IMG/VR virus record: IMGVR_UViG_3300045988_077016
Span: 1-61,256 of that record
Reading direction: 5' to 3' (one strand)
Source: a virus
DNA: 61,256 bases
Shown: positions 1-7,759 of the stretch, one piece after another
Numbering within the stretch: the stretch's first letter is position 1
Layout: every line of letters starts with the position of its first letter
Position numbers and translations under genes: made by a program
Notes under the pieces: generated by a model
Seen by the model: the letters and a program-made list of their open reading frames with translations, nothing else
What the model was told of the DNA's origin: nothing
Database searches by the model: none

Positions 1-12
1 TCTAAAAAAGTA

Positions 13-41
13 TTGACAAATATCCAAATAAGTGTTATCAT
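13..41 (+). promoter_or_regulatory. Early sigma-70-type promoter, cassette copy A (same physical copy as 61216..61244 if the genome is circular)
   Basis: TTGACA at 13-18, a 17-nt spacer containing ATATCCAAATA, and an extended -10 TGtTATCAT at 33-41. Followed by a GGGAGG RBS and ATG at 94. Confidence 0.7.
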
Positions 42-93
42 AAAACCATAGAAAAGAGATAAATATATAAACAATTTAAAGGGAGGTAATATT

Positions 94-306
94 ATGACAA
101 AATTCACACAAAAACAGTTAAAAGAGTTAGTAAAATCGGGTGCAGCTGTCGATATAACAAACGGTGATGATGCTACACGTGAGAGCATCGAAAGCAAAGA
201 GGGCTATTATACACAAATAGGCTATCCCATAAGAGTTTATGCAATTATGGGGAAAGATAAAATCGTTAAATATTTAAAAAATTGGTACAGTGTGAAAAAT
301 AAATAA
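94..306 (+). CDS. Hypothetical early protein (70 aa)
   Basis: ORF with AAAGGGAGG RBS 7 nt upstream of ATG and a TAA stop. First gene behind promoter cassette A. No recognisable motif. Confidence 0.7.
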   Translation: MTKFTQKQLKELVKSGAAVDITNGDDATRESIESKEGYYTQIGYPIRVYAIMGKDKIVKYLKNWYSVKNK

Positions 307-319
307 TCGAGGTGATTAA

Positions 320-697
320 ATGCAATATAAAATAAGTAAACGTGTTATATCTGTTAAAAATACCAAGCGTATTGCTGCTACTGTTGCTTATATTAATAAT
401 TGTAAATATAGTTATAGTTCTGGCATGGTAGCATTCTATGCCGCCGAGGAGACTGATGTAAATAAAGCCTTGGCGTTGTATGATAAATTAATACAGAACA
501 CACGCTATAAGATGTATAATAAGGACAGTGTGGAGCTGGTAGGATGTGGAAAAAACGCTGATTTATATGTTTTAGGGTTATGCTATGCTTTACTACATTC
601 CCCAGCTCAAGGGGAGGATATTATGTTAGCAGCTGAAAAGCGGGCCAGCAATATGTACAGTCTGGGATTTGCAAGTATACAAAAAATTATTTTATAA
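320..697 (+). CDS. Hypothetical early protein (125 aa)
   Basis: ORF with GAGGTG RBS and a TAA stop. Its last ~20 nt are part of the repeated cassette (the same 3' sequence recurs at 61176-61200). Confidence 0.7.
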   Translation: MQYKISKRVISVKNTKRIAATVAYINNCKYSYSSGMVAFYAAEETDVNKALALYDKLIQNTRYKMYNKDSVELVGCGKNADLYVLGLCYALLHSPAQGEDIMLAAEKRASNMYSLGFASIQKIIL

Positions 698-714
698 AAA
701 TATCTAAAAAAGTA

Positions 715-743
715 TTGACAAATATCTAAAAAAGTGTTATCAT
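715..743 (+). promoter_or_regulatory. Early promoter, cassette copy B
   Basis: TTGACA 715-720, 17-nt spacer, TGtTATCAT ending at 743. The spacer reads ATATCTAAAAAA instead of ATATCCAAATA. An AAAGGAGG RBS precedes ATG 787. Confidence 0.7.
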
Positions 744-786
744 AAAACCATAGAAAAAAGATAAACAATTTAAAGGAGGAATTCAT

Positions 787-1017
787 ATGGAATATCCAAA
801 AGAAATTTACTTGGATGGTTATACATATACGCAAATGTATGAACATGAAAAGGGTGGGATGTATTATCATTCGGGGGAATGCACCGATGTTATTATAGGT
901 TTATTTATTAGTTTATATCCAGATGGAAGATTAACATATTTATGGGGTGGATATGAACATGAATATGGGAAATATGATTTTGAAAATAATAAAAAGATTG
1001 GAGACGAAAATATATGA
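787..1017 (+). CDS. Hypothetical early protein (76 aa)
   Basis: ORF with a strong RBS, overlapping the next gene by 4 nt (ATGA). Confidence 0.65.
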   Translation: MEYPKEIYLDGYTYTQMYEHEKGGMYYHSGECTDVIIGLFISLYPDGRLTYLWGGYEHEYGKYDFENNKKIGDENI

Positions 1018-1271
1018 AATATTCGGTAAAGATTGATAAAGGTATTTCTGCATTATCATATTATTTAAATAAAGTAATTGAGGAAATTGAAGCTGTTTGG
1101 GGTTGGGATATACGTATCAATGTAAGTATTGATGTACGTATGATTGATGATTGTGAAATTTATTTTAACTTTGATATATACAATCAGATAATAGAAATCT
1201 GCAATAGGCCGACTTGTGATGATTGTACTTCACTTAATGCTGTTATAGAACTGATTAATGACCTGGGTTGA
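1014..1271 (+). CDS. Hypothetical early protein (85 aa)
   Basis: ORF translationally coupled to the upstream gene. TGA stop. Confidence 0.65.
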   Translation: MKYSVKIDKGISALSYYLNKVIEEIEAVWGWDIRINVSIDVRMIDDCEIYFNFDIYNQIIEICNRPTCDDCTSLNAVIELINDLG

Positions 1272-1289
1272 ATAAGGGGGAGGTTAGAA

Positions 1290-1856
1290 ATGAGTAGGAG
1301 ACTAAATACAGCGGGAGGCTGTGCTGCTTTGATAGCATTTCCCATAGGTGCGGTATATGGATTAGTTAAAGAGGTGTGTAATTATAATGAGCGTAAAAGA
1401 CTTAGAGAAGAACAGGAGCAATTTGAGCGTGAGCAAATCAGATTCGAACAAGAGCAACAGGAAAGAGAAGCTGCGGAGCGTGATGCTTTAATATCTGGAG
1501 AAAATGAATACGCTATAATTGAACTTATGCAAGATGATAAAAAACGTGCGGCTGAATTAGATTTTAACGACATCGAATTAATAAGAGGTGTTATAGATGC
1601 TTTTGCTATGTACGCCAAAGACTTGTTTACATCAGCTGCGGGAGATATAATCATATCTGACATAACAAGGGAACCTGACCTAACGGCTATATTCTGCATA
1701 TGCAATAACGATAAAATCAGTAAAAATTATAAACGTAAAATATATAATGACAGATATGGGTACTATTTTAAATTGGATAATAAAAGATGGTATTTTCATA
1801 AAGAGCTGCCAGAATTTATTATTACTGATGACTTCGATGCCCCGTGTTTACGATAA
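1290..1856 (+). CDS. Hypothetical membrane-anchored coiled-coil protein (188 aa)
   Basis: GGGGGAGG RBS. N-terminal hydrophobic segment GGCAALIAFPIGAVYGLV, then an E/Q/R-rich heptad-like stretch (RLREEQEQFEREQIRFEQEQQEREAAERD). Confidence 0.7.
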   Translation: MSRRLNTAGGCAALIAFPIGAVYGLVKEVCNYNERKRLREEQEQFEREQIRFEQEQQEREAAERDALISGENEYAIIELMQDDKKRAAELDFNDIELIRGVIDAFAMYAKDLFTSAAGDIIISDITREPDLTAIFCICNNDKISKNYKRKIYNDRYGYYFKLDNKRWYFHKELPEFIITDDFDAPCLR

Positions 1857-1919
1857 CAAATAAAAACCTCTCCCATGTAATGGGGGGGTAATTTTATACT
1901 ATAATGAGGAGGATTATAT

Positions 1920-2342
1920 ATGGCAAGAGTTGACACATTATCAGAACAGACCAAAAAAGAGATATTAAAACTATATGTTGACGGTAACATAACAGTAAAA
2001 GAAATATGTCAATTATATAGTATAGGATGCAAAGCGTTAAATGATTTGTTGCTACAAACTAATACTCCACATCGTGCGTAGTACCGAGTTGGGCAAAAGC
2101 GTGCTACAGCTAAAGGCAAAAAGCATTGTAGACACTGTGGGAGCAGAATTAATCCTCCCGGCGCTGTTTTTTGCTGTCAGTGCGGCAAGCCACTTTTGAC
2201 AGATAAAGAAAGAGTAATACAGATGCTGGAGCATCTGACTAATCATTTCATTTGTTTAGAACAGTCTAAACGGGACAGCTACATAGCCGAAGTCAATGCT
2301 ATTATAAAGCTTGTAAAGGCTTTAAATATATCAGATGATTAA
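1920..2342 (+). CDS. HTH plus zinc-ribbon protein interrupted by one in-frame TAG (2079..2081). The minimal product is 1920..2081 (53 aa) and the readthrough product is 140 aa.
   Basis: GAGGAGG RBS 7 nt before ATG 1920. After the TAG the same frame stays open for 87 codons and encodes CRHCGSRINPPGAVFCCQCGKPL, a classic CxxC..CxxC zinc ribbon. No ATG, GTG or TTG occurs in frame between the TAG and the ribbon. Confidence 0.6.
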
Positions 2343-2357
2343 AATATCACATAACAC

Positions 2358-2396
2358 AAAAAATGCCTTGTAAAGTCAAATTACAGGGCATTTTTA
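2358..2396. terminator. Bidirectional intrinsic terminator between the convergent plus-strand island and the TerS-like gene
   Basis: AAAAA-ATGCCTTGTAA-loop-TTACAGGGCAT-TTTTT: an 11-bp stem with one G-U pair, flanked by an A-run and a T-run. Confidence 0.75.
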
Positions 2397-2402
2397 ATAT
2401 CA

Positions 2403-2864
2403 TCAATCTGGTATGTTATCTTCCCCAACAAACTGTACTAATTGAGCAGCATCAACATTCACGTTTGTTTGATTTAATCCATTCATTAGATTAAGCTCTT
2501 TTATAGGCTGCAGAATAGCATTTAAACGGGACATTGTGATAGGTTTATCATTATTATATAAATCATCCTCTGCACGCTCAATCACTCTCATAAGCTTTTC
2601 AGTTGCCACTTCTTTAGTCCAAACGGCTTTTTTTGTCTCATAGTCTCGCACATCCTCCATAAGGCCATCATAATAAGAGCGTATGTTTGACCTTTTTAAA
2701 TACATCTGTGCTTTACGTTTTAATAAGTCCTCATTATCTGATGTCATTTCAACACCAAAATTTTTAGAATAAGATTCAGCGGGAGTTAATCCATTGTTTA
2801 CTATATCCTTCACGAAGTATCGTTCAATATCCTTCAGCGGCCTCAATACTTTATTATCACTCAT
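2403..2864 (-). CDS. terS: Putative terminase small subunit (153 aa)
   Basis: N-terminal HTH-like FVKDIVNNGLTPAESYSKNFG and a helical C-terminal half, resembling Terminase_2-type TerS proteins. The call rests on pattern recognition only. The gene is not adjacent to terL. Confidence 0.45.
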   Translation of the reverse strand: MSDNKVLRPLKDIERYFVKDIVNNGLTPAESYSKNFGVEMTSDNEDLLKRKAQMYLKRSNIRSYYDGLMEDVRDYETKKAVWTKEVATEKLMRVIERAEDDLYNNDKPITMSRLNAILQPIKELNLMNGLNQTNVNVDAAQLVQFVGEDNIPD

Positions 2865-2907
2865 TTAATATTCACCTCCATAACAAAACTAATAAATAAT
2901 TAATTAA

Positions 2908-2980
2908 CTGGGCATGATAGATTTGAACTATCGTATGCAGGAGTCAAAGTCCTGTGCCTTTACCGCTTGGCTAATGCCCA
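2908..2980 (-). tRNA. tRNA-Gln (anticodon UUG)
   Basis: Minus-strand cloverleaf. Acceptor stem TGGGCAT/ATGCCCA; D arm GCCAAGCGGTAAAGGC; anticodon stem CAGGA/TCCTG with loop CTTTGAC. T arm GATAG-TTCAAAT-CTATC, discriminator G, no encoded CCA. The 5' half closely resembles bacterial tRNA-Gln. Confidence 0.9.
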
Positions 2981-3055
2981 ATAAAGGCGAGCAGCAACGC
3001 CCGCCCCAATATAAAGAAAGGAGTTTGTAAAAAATGGAATACATTTTACAATAAC

Positions 3056-3084
3056 AGTATAACACAGTACACAATTTTTGTAAA
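3056..3084 (-). promoter_or_regulatory. Sigma-70-type promoter upstream of the tRNA-Gln and TerS-like gene
   Basis: Minus strand: TTTACA, 17 nt, TGtTATACT (extended -10). Confidence 0.55.
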
Positions 3085-3092
3085 CGATAATC

Positions 3093-3155
3093 AATTTTCA
3101 ATTTGCAAATTTTTGATTTTAAATCCGCAAATTTTCAATACGCAAATTTTTGATT
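3093..3155. repeat. Two 26-bp direct repeats (3093..3118 and 3130..3155), 37-bp period, upstream of the tRNA promoter
   Basis: AATTTTCAATTTGCAAATTTTTGATT versus AATTTTCAATACGCAAATTTTTGATT (2 mismatches). Confidence 0.8.
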
Positions 3156-3171
3156 TGATTTCCGAAAAATT

Positions 3172-3345
3172 TTATTCCGAACTTTTCTTTTTTACAATTT
3201 GTTTATGACAGTTTTCTTTTTTGTACTTCTCAAAACACACCTTACCCATACCCACTCTTTGAGCATCTTCATTCTTTAATATACGGTTGCACCGCAAACA
3301 TCGAGAATATTTTTTATCGTCAATTAATCCGCAATTTTCTTGCAT
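3172..3345 (-). CDS. Small zinc-ribbon protein (57 aa), below the ORF-track cutoff
   Basis: AAGGAGAATAA-ATG RBS. Translation is MQENCGLIDDKKYSRCLRCNRILKNEDAQRVGMGKVCFEKYKKENCHKQIVKKKSSE. The CxxC..G.G..C pattern is typical of small phage Zn-ribbon proteins. Overlaps the 3' end of 3324..3545 by 22 nt. Confidence 0.6.
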   Translation of the reverse strand: MQENCGLIDDKKYSRCLRCNRILKNEDAQRVGMGKVCFEKYKKENCHKQIVKKKSSE

Positions 3346-3545
3346 TTATTCTCCTTCTTTCGTTTCCCAACTCGATAACAGGTGTAGCTGCAAAAATAAC
3401 TATTAGCAGTAGCATTGCGATATTTAAGTTTATACACATAATCGGAAGTTATATAAAATACTTTACCACAAATTGGGCAAGTCTTTCTTCTACTCTTTAA
3501 ATAACTATCCCACGTACAATTATAATAATCTGACAAGACAGTCAC
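3324..3545 (-). CDS. Small zinc-ribbon protein (73 aa)
   Basis: CPICGKVF...CSYTCY cysteine pairs. TAA stop. Confidence 0.65.
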   Translation of the reverse strand: MTVLSDYYNCTWDSYLKSRRKTCPICGKVFYITSDYVYKLKYRNATANSYFCSYTCYRVGKRKKENKCKKIAD

Positions 3546-3556
3546 CTCGATTTACA

Positions 3557-3826
3557 TTAGATATGTTCGAAATAATCACAATCAGCACTACGGGATTTGC
3601 TGCATACACATTTATCTATACCGCAAATAGACTTTGAAAACTCATTACCATTTTTATCAATGCCAATGTGGTCTTTGATGATATGCTTACAAACAACACA
3701 ATTTTTTGCATTGGGGTTTTTTAGACAAGCTCTTTCGTGTCTATCCGCAATTTTATAGCTTTTAAATATTTTACCGCAATACCCACAAAGATAACCATAT
3801 GTTCTTTTGGACATTAACATCACCAC
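3557..3826 (-). CDS. Small C2HC/C2H2-like zinc-finger protein (89 aa)
   Basis: CGYCGKIFKSYKIADRHERAC (CxxC-x12-H-x3-C) plus further Cys pairs. Confidence 0.65.
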   Translation of the reverse strand: MVMLMSKRTYGYLCGYCGKIFKSYKIADRHERACLKNPNAKNCVVCKHIIKDHIGIDKNGNEFSKSICGIDKCVCSKSRSADCDYFEHI

Positions 3827-4026
3827 TCTTCTATATTTATTTCAATAACTTTATACATTGACGTATCAACGGTTACTGTCTCCGTTGTTAAAGACTTTAT
3901 TGTACATACGTTACTATCTACATCACGTACAACCGAATAAACATCAGGCACTAATTTAAGAACTTCATCGTCTTTAGTTAATATTGCAACATCTTCAATT
4001 TCGAGATTTATCATGTGTTCGCCCAC
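3820..4026 (-). CDS. Hypothetical protein (68 aa)
   Basis: ORF with a GTG start in a tightly packed operon. Confidence 0.5.
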   Translation of the reverse strand: MGEHMINLEIEDVAILTKDDEVLKLVPDVYSVVRDVDSNVCTIKSLTTETVTVDTSMYKVIEINIEEW

Positions 4027-4029
4027 CCC

Positions 4030-4971
4030 CTATAAAATATTTACAAGCAAATAATCAATCGCAATTTCCGGCATTACAGTGCCGTTCTTGATGCCCTGTT
4101 CGATATTCGTAATCAACTTTAGCATAAATATTATATCAGCATTAGTGTATACATTAGACTTCTCTTTCGCCAATTTATACTGAAACGGCGTCAAACCTAA
4201 ATCTACGGCTTTTATATTCTTAGGAGCGGTCTGCACTGACAGGATATTTTTAAAGCCGTTATACAATGTGCCAAGTGTTAATAATTCGGGCTCACCAATC
4301 TGTTTTGCCTGTACAGAATACTTTTTAACTGCATCTATATCATGGAGCAGTATCGCATCTGTAAACTTAAATGTTATGTCACCTATAGGTGCTGTAATTA
4401 TACCCGCAGTAACTAATTTATTAAATGCTTCATCGAATGATATACTTCGATACTCCGCAAAATGCCGTATTTTATCCTCCTCTAAACGTATACGATTATA
4501 ATTACTCTCACACATTGATATAAGCTTTTTTACGCAATTTTCCGAAAAGTTTGGTAAATCAGCTAAAATGTAACTTTTTAAAATATTGTCCGATAACACA
4601 TCAAACTCACAAATTGTATCTTTATACTGCTTGTAAAACTTACTACGCTTATCTAAACTGTTATAAACTATAACCAATATTGCATCGTGCTGAATTACGG
4701 TGTTATTTACGGTCTCCCACGATTTATCATCTTTGAGGTATGATTTATCGTCAGACACTACAAAACACATCCTACCGTTATTCAAACGTGGTTTTTTAAT
4801 TGTTCTCACAGCTTCGGAAACGGTGTCAAACCTAATCGTATCGATGCATCCAAATGTTTTTGCAATTTGTTTAATATAAGTATCTCTTACATATATCTCA
4901 CTGCCTGTAAAAATATACAAATGCAAGTTTTTTTTGTTTATAATACTCTTATGCAATTCCCTTAATTCCAT
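4030..4971 (-). CDS. holA: Clamp-loader delta-like subunit (HolA-like)
   Basis: Size, position after the two AAA+ clamp-loader genes, and delta-like N-terminus (LYIFTGSEIYV...). ATG at 4971 has a GGTGAGGTG RBS; the ORF-track start at 4995 is an upstream alternative. One of only four genes ending in TAG. Confidence 0.55.
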   Translation of the reverse strand: MELRELHKSIINKKNLHLYIFTGSEIYVRDTYIKQIAKTFGCIDTIRFDTVSEAVRTIKKPRLNNGRMCFVVSDDKSYLKDDKSWETVNNTVIQHDAILVIVYNSLDKRSKFYKQYKDTICEFDVLSDNILKSYILADLPNFSENCVKKLISMCESNYNRIRLEEDKIRHFAEYRSISFDEAFNKLVTAGIITAPIGDITFKFTDAILLHDIDAVKKYSVQAKQIGEPELLTLGTLYNGFKNILSVQTAPKNIKAVDLGLTPFQYKLAKEKSNVYTNADIIFMLKLITNIEQGIKNGTVMPEIAIDYLLVNIL

Positions 4972-4975
4972 AAGC

Positions 4976-5797
4976 TCACACCTCACCAATATCAATCAGA
5001 GATAAAAAATAAGACAGTACAGCAGATTTTTTATTCAGGTTACGGGTTACCAAATTATGCTGCAATTCAGCCAGTTTGGTTATCGCCTGTGTTAATCCAT
5101 ATAATTCTTCCTCAGTACCATTGTCTATCTTATTAAATGCTTTAAGTAGTATAATGTGCTTAAGTCCAATTAAAACATTGTCAAGCGGATAAACGCCGTT
5201 ATCATCATCTGTATACTTTATATCATTTAATAACGGTATACCTGAATACAACTTATGTGGATTACAGAACAGTGTAAAAAGTGTATTGCAATAATCCGCC
5301 ATTTTCTGTTTATCTACACTCCTTACACGTTCAATATCCCCAGGACATTCACAAAACGCTAAATATTCATCGAACTTTGGTTCGTATTCGCATAACTCAT
5401 TAACAGAGTATTCTTCCATGTGCAATTCAACACATCGACTTCTGAGCGTTTCCAATAACATTGACATAGATGGTGCGGTTAAAATAAAATGTGCATTATT
5501 AGGTGGTTCTTCTGTAATTTTTAATAACGCATTTTTAGCATTTAAGGACATCTTATGTGCATTTGCAAAAATATACGCTGTAGGAATAGTTATTGTGTAC
5601 GCCTGTTTTATAACTTCTCGCACCGAATCAACATCACAGCTGCAATCAATTTTTGTAACACCCATAGCCGAACAAATTTCATTTGCTAAAGTGCGTTTGC
5701 CCCAGCCGTCACGCTGGGTAATTACGATAAATCTTGGGAAACTCTTTACTTTAGACCATTTCTTTATCTGAGATTTTATATTCTCCTGACCAATCAC
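4976..5797 (-). CDS. holB: Clamp-loader delta-prime-like AAA+ subunit (HolB-like)
   Basis: Degenerate P-loop GWGKRTLA, LLKITEEPP and SRC motifs. GTG start overlaps the upstream stop (GTGA). Confidence 0.65.
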   Translation of the reverse strand: MIGQENIKSQIKKWSKVKSFPRFIVITQRDGWGKRTLANEICSAMGVTKIDCSCDVDSVREVIKQAYTITIPTAYIFANAHKMSLNAKNALLKITEEPPNNAHFILTAPSMSMLLETLRSRCVELHMEEYSVNELCEYEPKFDEYLAFCECPGDIERVRSVDKQKMADYCNTLFTLFCNPHKLYSGIPLLNDIKYTDDDNGVYPLDNVLIGLKHIILLKAFNKIDNGTEEELYGLTQAITKLAELQHNLVTRNLNKKSAVLSYFLSLIDIGEV

Positions 5798-6849
5798 TTA
5801 TTATTCCCCCTACAAAATAACATAAAATGACATTCAATTAATTCTTTTACAGCTGTTTCCCATCGTAATTTATTATTTAGCTCAACTACCATATCCAACA
5901 CATCTGCAACATCATTATAATTCAACTGCTCACAATACACTTTAATTTGATTTGTCGGCGGCAATGATGTAAAATCCAAAGAACTAAACAACTTAAATTT
6001 TAAAACATCTAAAATAAAAAACTGGAATTGTTTAAGATACAAACTTAAGTTAATGCCATTAGAATTGAGTTCCTCAACAAATTTTACACTTATAGCATCT
6101 CGATATACTAAAGCATCTAACAGCTGAATTTTATATTTAATATCAGTGTCTCCTAAAACATTAGCAACATCATCAACCGTAATACGATTAGTTAGAGATA
6201 ATATTTTATCGAGCATTGTAATACCATTACGCATACCGCCGTCAGCACATTTAGCAATATATGCCAATGCTTCATCATCGGCAGTGATTTTATCTTTTCT
6301 GCTTCGTGTCTGATTTTCCAAGTCGCATATCTGCTTTAATCTTGCCTGTATGCCCCCAACAGATATACGATTAAAGTTATATCTTTGCACACGGCTTAAT
6401 ATCGTTGCTGGTATCTTTTGCGGGTCTGTTGTACACAGTATAAATATAGCTGTTTTAGGAGGTTCTTCGAGTAGCTTAAGCAATGCTTGCCAAGCGTTAT
6501 TAGAAAATGAGTGAACCTCATCACAAATAAATACTTTATATTCACTGTCAATTGGTTTCTTTTTACTATCTTCTATAATCTGTCTAACATCTTCGACACC
6601 GTTATGTGATGCAGCATCAAGCTCTATTGGTTTGCCCTTTCCTTTATTTATCTCATTTGCAAATATTCTTGCAGTAGTTGTTTTACCGTCCCCAGCCGGG
6701 CCACAAAATAAATAGGCCTGTTTAAAAGTACCGGTATTAAGCTGATTAAGCAATATTTGTTTAATATAATTCTGTTCAACCAATTCATCAAATGTTTTAG
6801 GACGATACTTAACCGCCAGTGTTTGATTTGTAAATTTTTCAATCAACAT
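5794..6849 (-). CDS. dnaX: Clamp-loader ATPase, DnaX (gamma/tau)-like
   Basis: KYRPKTF, Walker A GPAGDGKTT, Walker B CDEVH, LLKLLEEPP, sensor SRVQ. ATG 6849 has a GAGGT RBS; the ORF is open to 6870. Confidence 0.85.
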   Translation of the reverse strand: MLIEKFTNQTLAVKYRPKTFDELVEQNYIKQILLNQLNTGTFKQAYLFCGPAGDGKTTTARIFANEINKGKGKPIELDAASHNGVEDVRQIIEDSKKKPIDSEYKVFICDEVHSFSNNAWQALLKLLEEPPKTAIFILCTTDPQKIPATILSRVQRYNFNRISVGGIQARLKQICDLENQTRSRKDKITADDEALAYIAKCADGGMRNGITMLDKILSLTNRITVDDVANVLGDTDIKYKIQLLDALVYRDAISVKFVEELNSNGINLSLYLKQFQFFILDVLKFKLFSSLDFTSLPPTNQIKVYCEQLNYNDVADVLDMVVELNNKLRWETAVKELIECHFMLFCRGNNK

Positions 6850-6856
6850 TATTACC

Positions 6857-7117
6857 TCATTTCTCAACATTTTTTATAATTCTAACATCATTAGAATCCA
6901 ATTTTATAACATATTCAGTACCATCTATGTAACGTAAATAAGCAGACACCAAATTATAAAATTGATACTGTGCAAAAACAATCTCGTCTTGAGCGTAGTT
7001 GTCTTTGTAGTCAAATTCATGTACATACTTACCAAAGGTTAAGGCGCCAGAATTTATATCATCCAAAAACGACATAAACTCATCTATAACGATTTCATAG
7101 GCACGTATCATCGTCAA
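6857..7117 (-). CDS. Hypothetical protein (86 aa)
   Basis: ORF in operon context. Confidence 0.55.
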   Translation of the reverse strand: MTMIRAYEIVIDEFMSFLDDINSGALTFGKYVHEFDYKDNYAQDEIVFAQYQFYNLVSAYLRYIDGTEYVIKLDSNDVRIIKNVEK

Positions 7118-7350
7118 TAATCAGCCTCCAAATCTATATCATGTGAAAGTTGAAAACTTATACGACCAACTGTTTTAAGAGTATCTTCTACAGTTGCCTT
7201 ACACGGCGCCCTATGGTCATTACCGTAATTAGTCCAAAAATCTTTTCCTTGTGAACGTCTATGACCGTTATATGTTTTAGCGTATAATACTTCATCTTTT
7301 ACCAATTCAAGTGATTTTATCATAAAGTCTATTTTATCTAACTGGTTCAT
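7114..7350 (-). CDS. Hypothetical protein (78 aa)
   Basis: ORF with a 4-nt overlap with its neighbour. Confidence 0.55.
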   Translation of the reverse strand: MNQLDKIDFMIKSLELVKDEVLYAKTYNGHRRSQGKDFWTNYGNDHRAPCKATVEDTLKTVGRISFQLSHDIDLEADY

Positions 7351-7759
7351 TTATATAATTACCCCTCTCTATTGAATTATCTTTCTGTACTAAATTAAAG
7401 TATCGTTGTTTATAGTCAAATACAAAATCTAAATTGTAAGAACTAAATCCTATATTATACTGATTTTGGCCCACTTCTCGGTACATGATTTCAAAATACG
7501 GTTTATTTTTATTGCCTGTTACAATTATATAAATACTATCAACATTAATTTTCTCACAGTTATCAATGTTTGACACTAAAAGCTCGCAAATATTCATATT
7601 ATCTGCAACAGATTTACTAAATTTGCTCAAATATGTACACCCCCCATCAACCACGCTTATAACTAACCGGTTCAATGCAAATTTCTTTGAAATACGGTAA
7701 TTTTTCGATTTCCTCACAAAATATACGCCATTCCTTGAGTCTATGATTTTTTCTGGCAA
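7334..7759 (-). CDS. Hypothetical protein, start uncertain
   Basis: The ORF overlaps the ThyX-fold gene by 113 nt, so the real start is probably internal (GTG near 7654 or ATG 7597). Confidence 0.45.
   Translation of the reverse strand: MPEKIIDSRNGVYFVRKSKNYRISKKFALNRLVISVVDGGCTYLSKFSKSVADNMNICELLVSNIDNCEKINVDSIYIIVTGNKNKPYFEIMYREVGQNQYNIGFSSYNLDFVFDYKQRYFNLVQKDNSIERGNYINEPVR

Noticed and set aside
1861-1900. Terminator after gene 1290..1856 (CCCAT-GTA-ATGGG hairpin)
   Set aside because: The stem is only 5 bp and no U-tract follows. The next gene's RBS follows immediately, so read-through operon organisation is more likely.
1920-2342. Genome-wide TAG reassignment (stop-codon recoding, as in some gut phages)
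   Set aside because: All large conserved genes (terL, portal, sheath, TMP, polA exons, dnaB, SNF2) are intact under the standard code. TAG also appears to terminate four genes (4030, 9804, 33978, 35315) with no meaningful downstream extension. The in-frame TAG is a single-gene event.
2908-2980. Phage tRNA as an amber suppressor
   Set aside because: The anticodon loop reads CTTTGAC, so the anticodon is UUG (Gln, CAA/CAG), not CUA. At most it is a near-cognate decoder of UAG.
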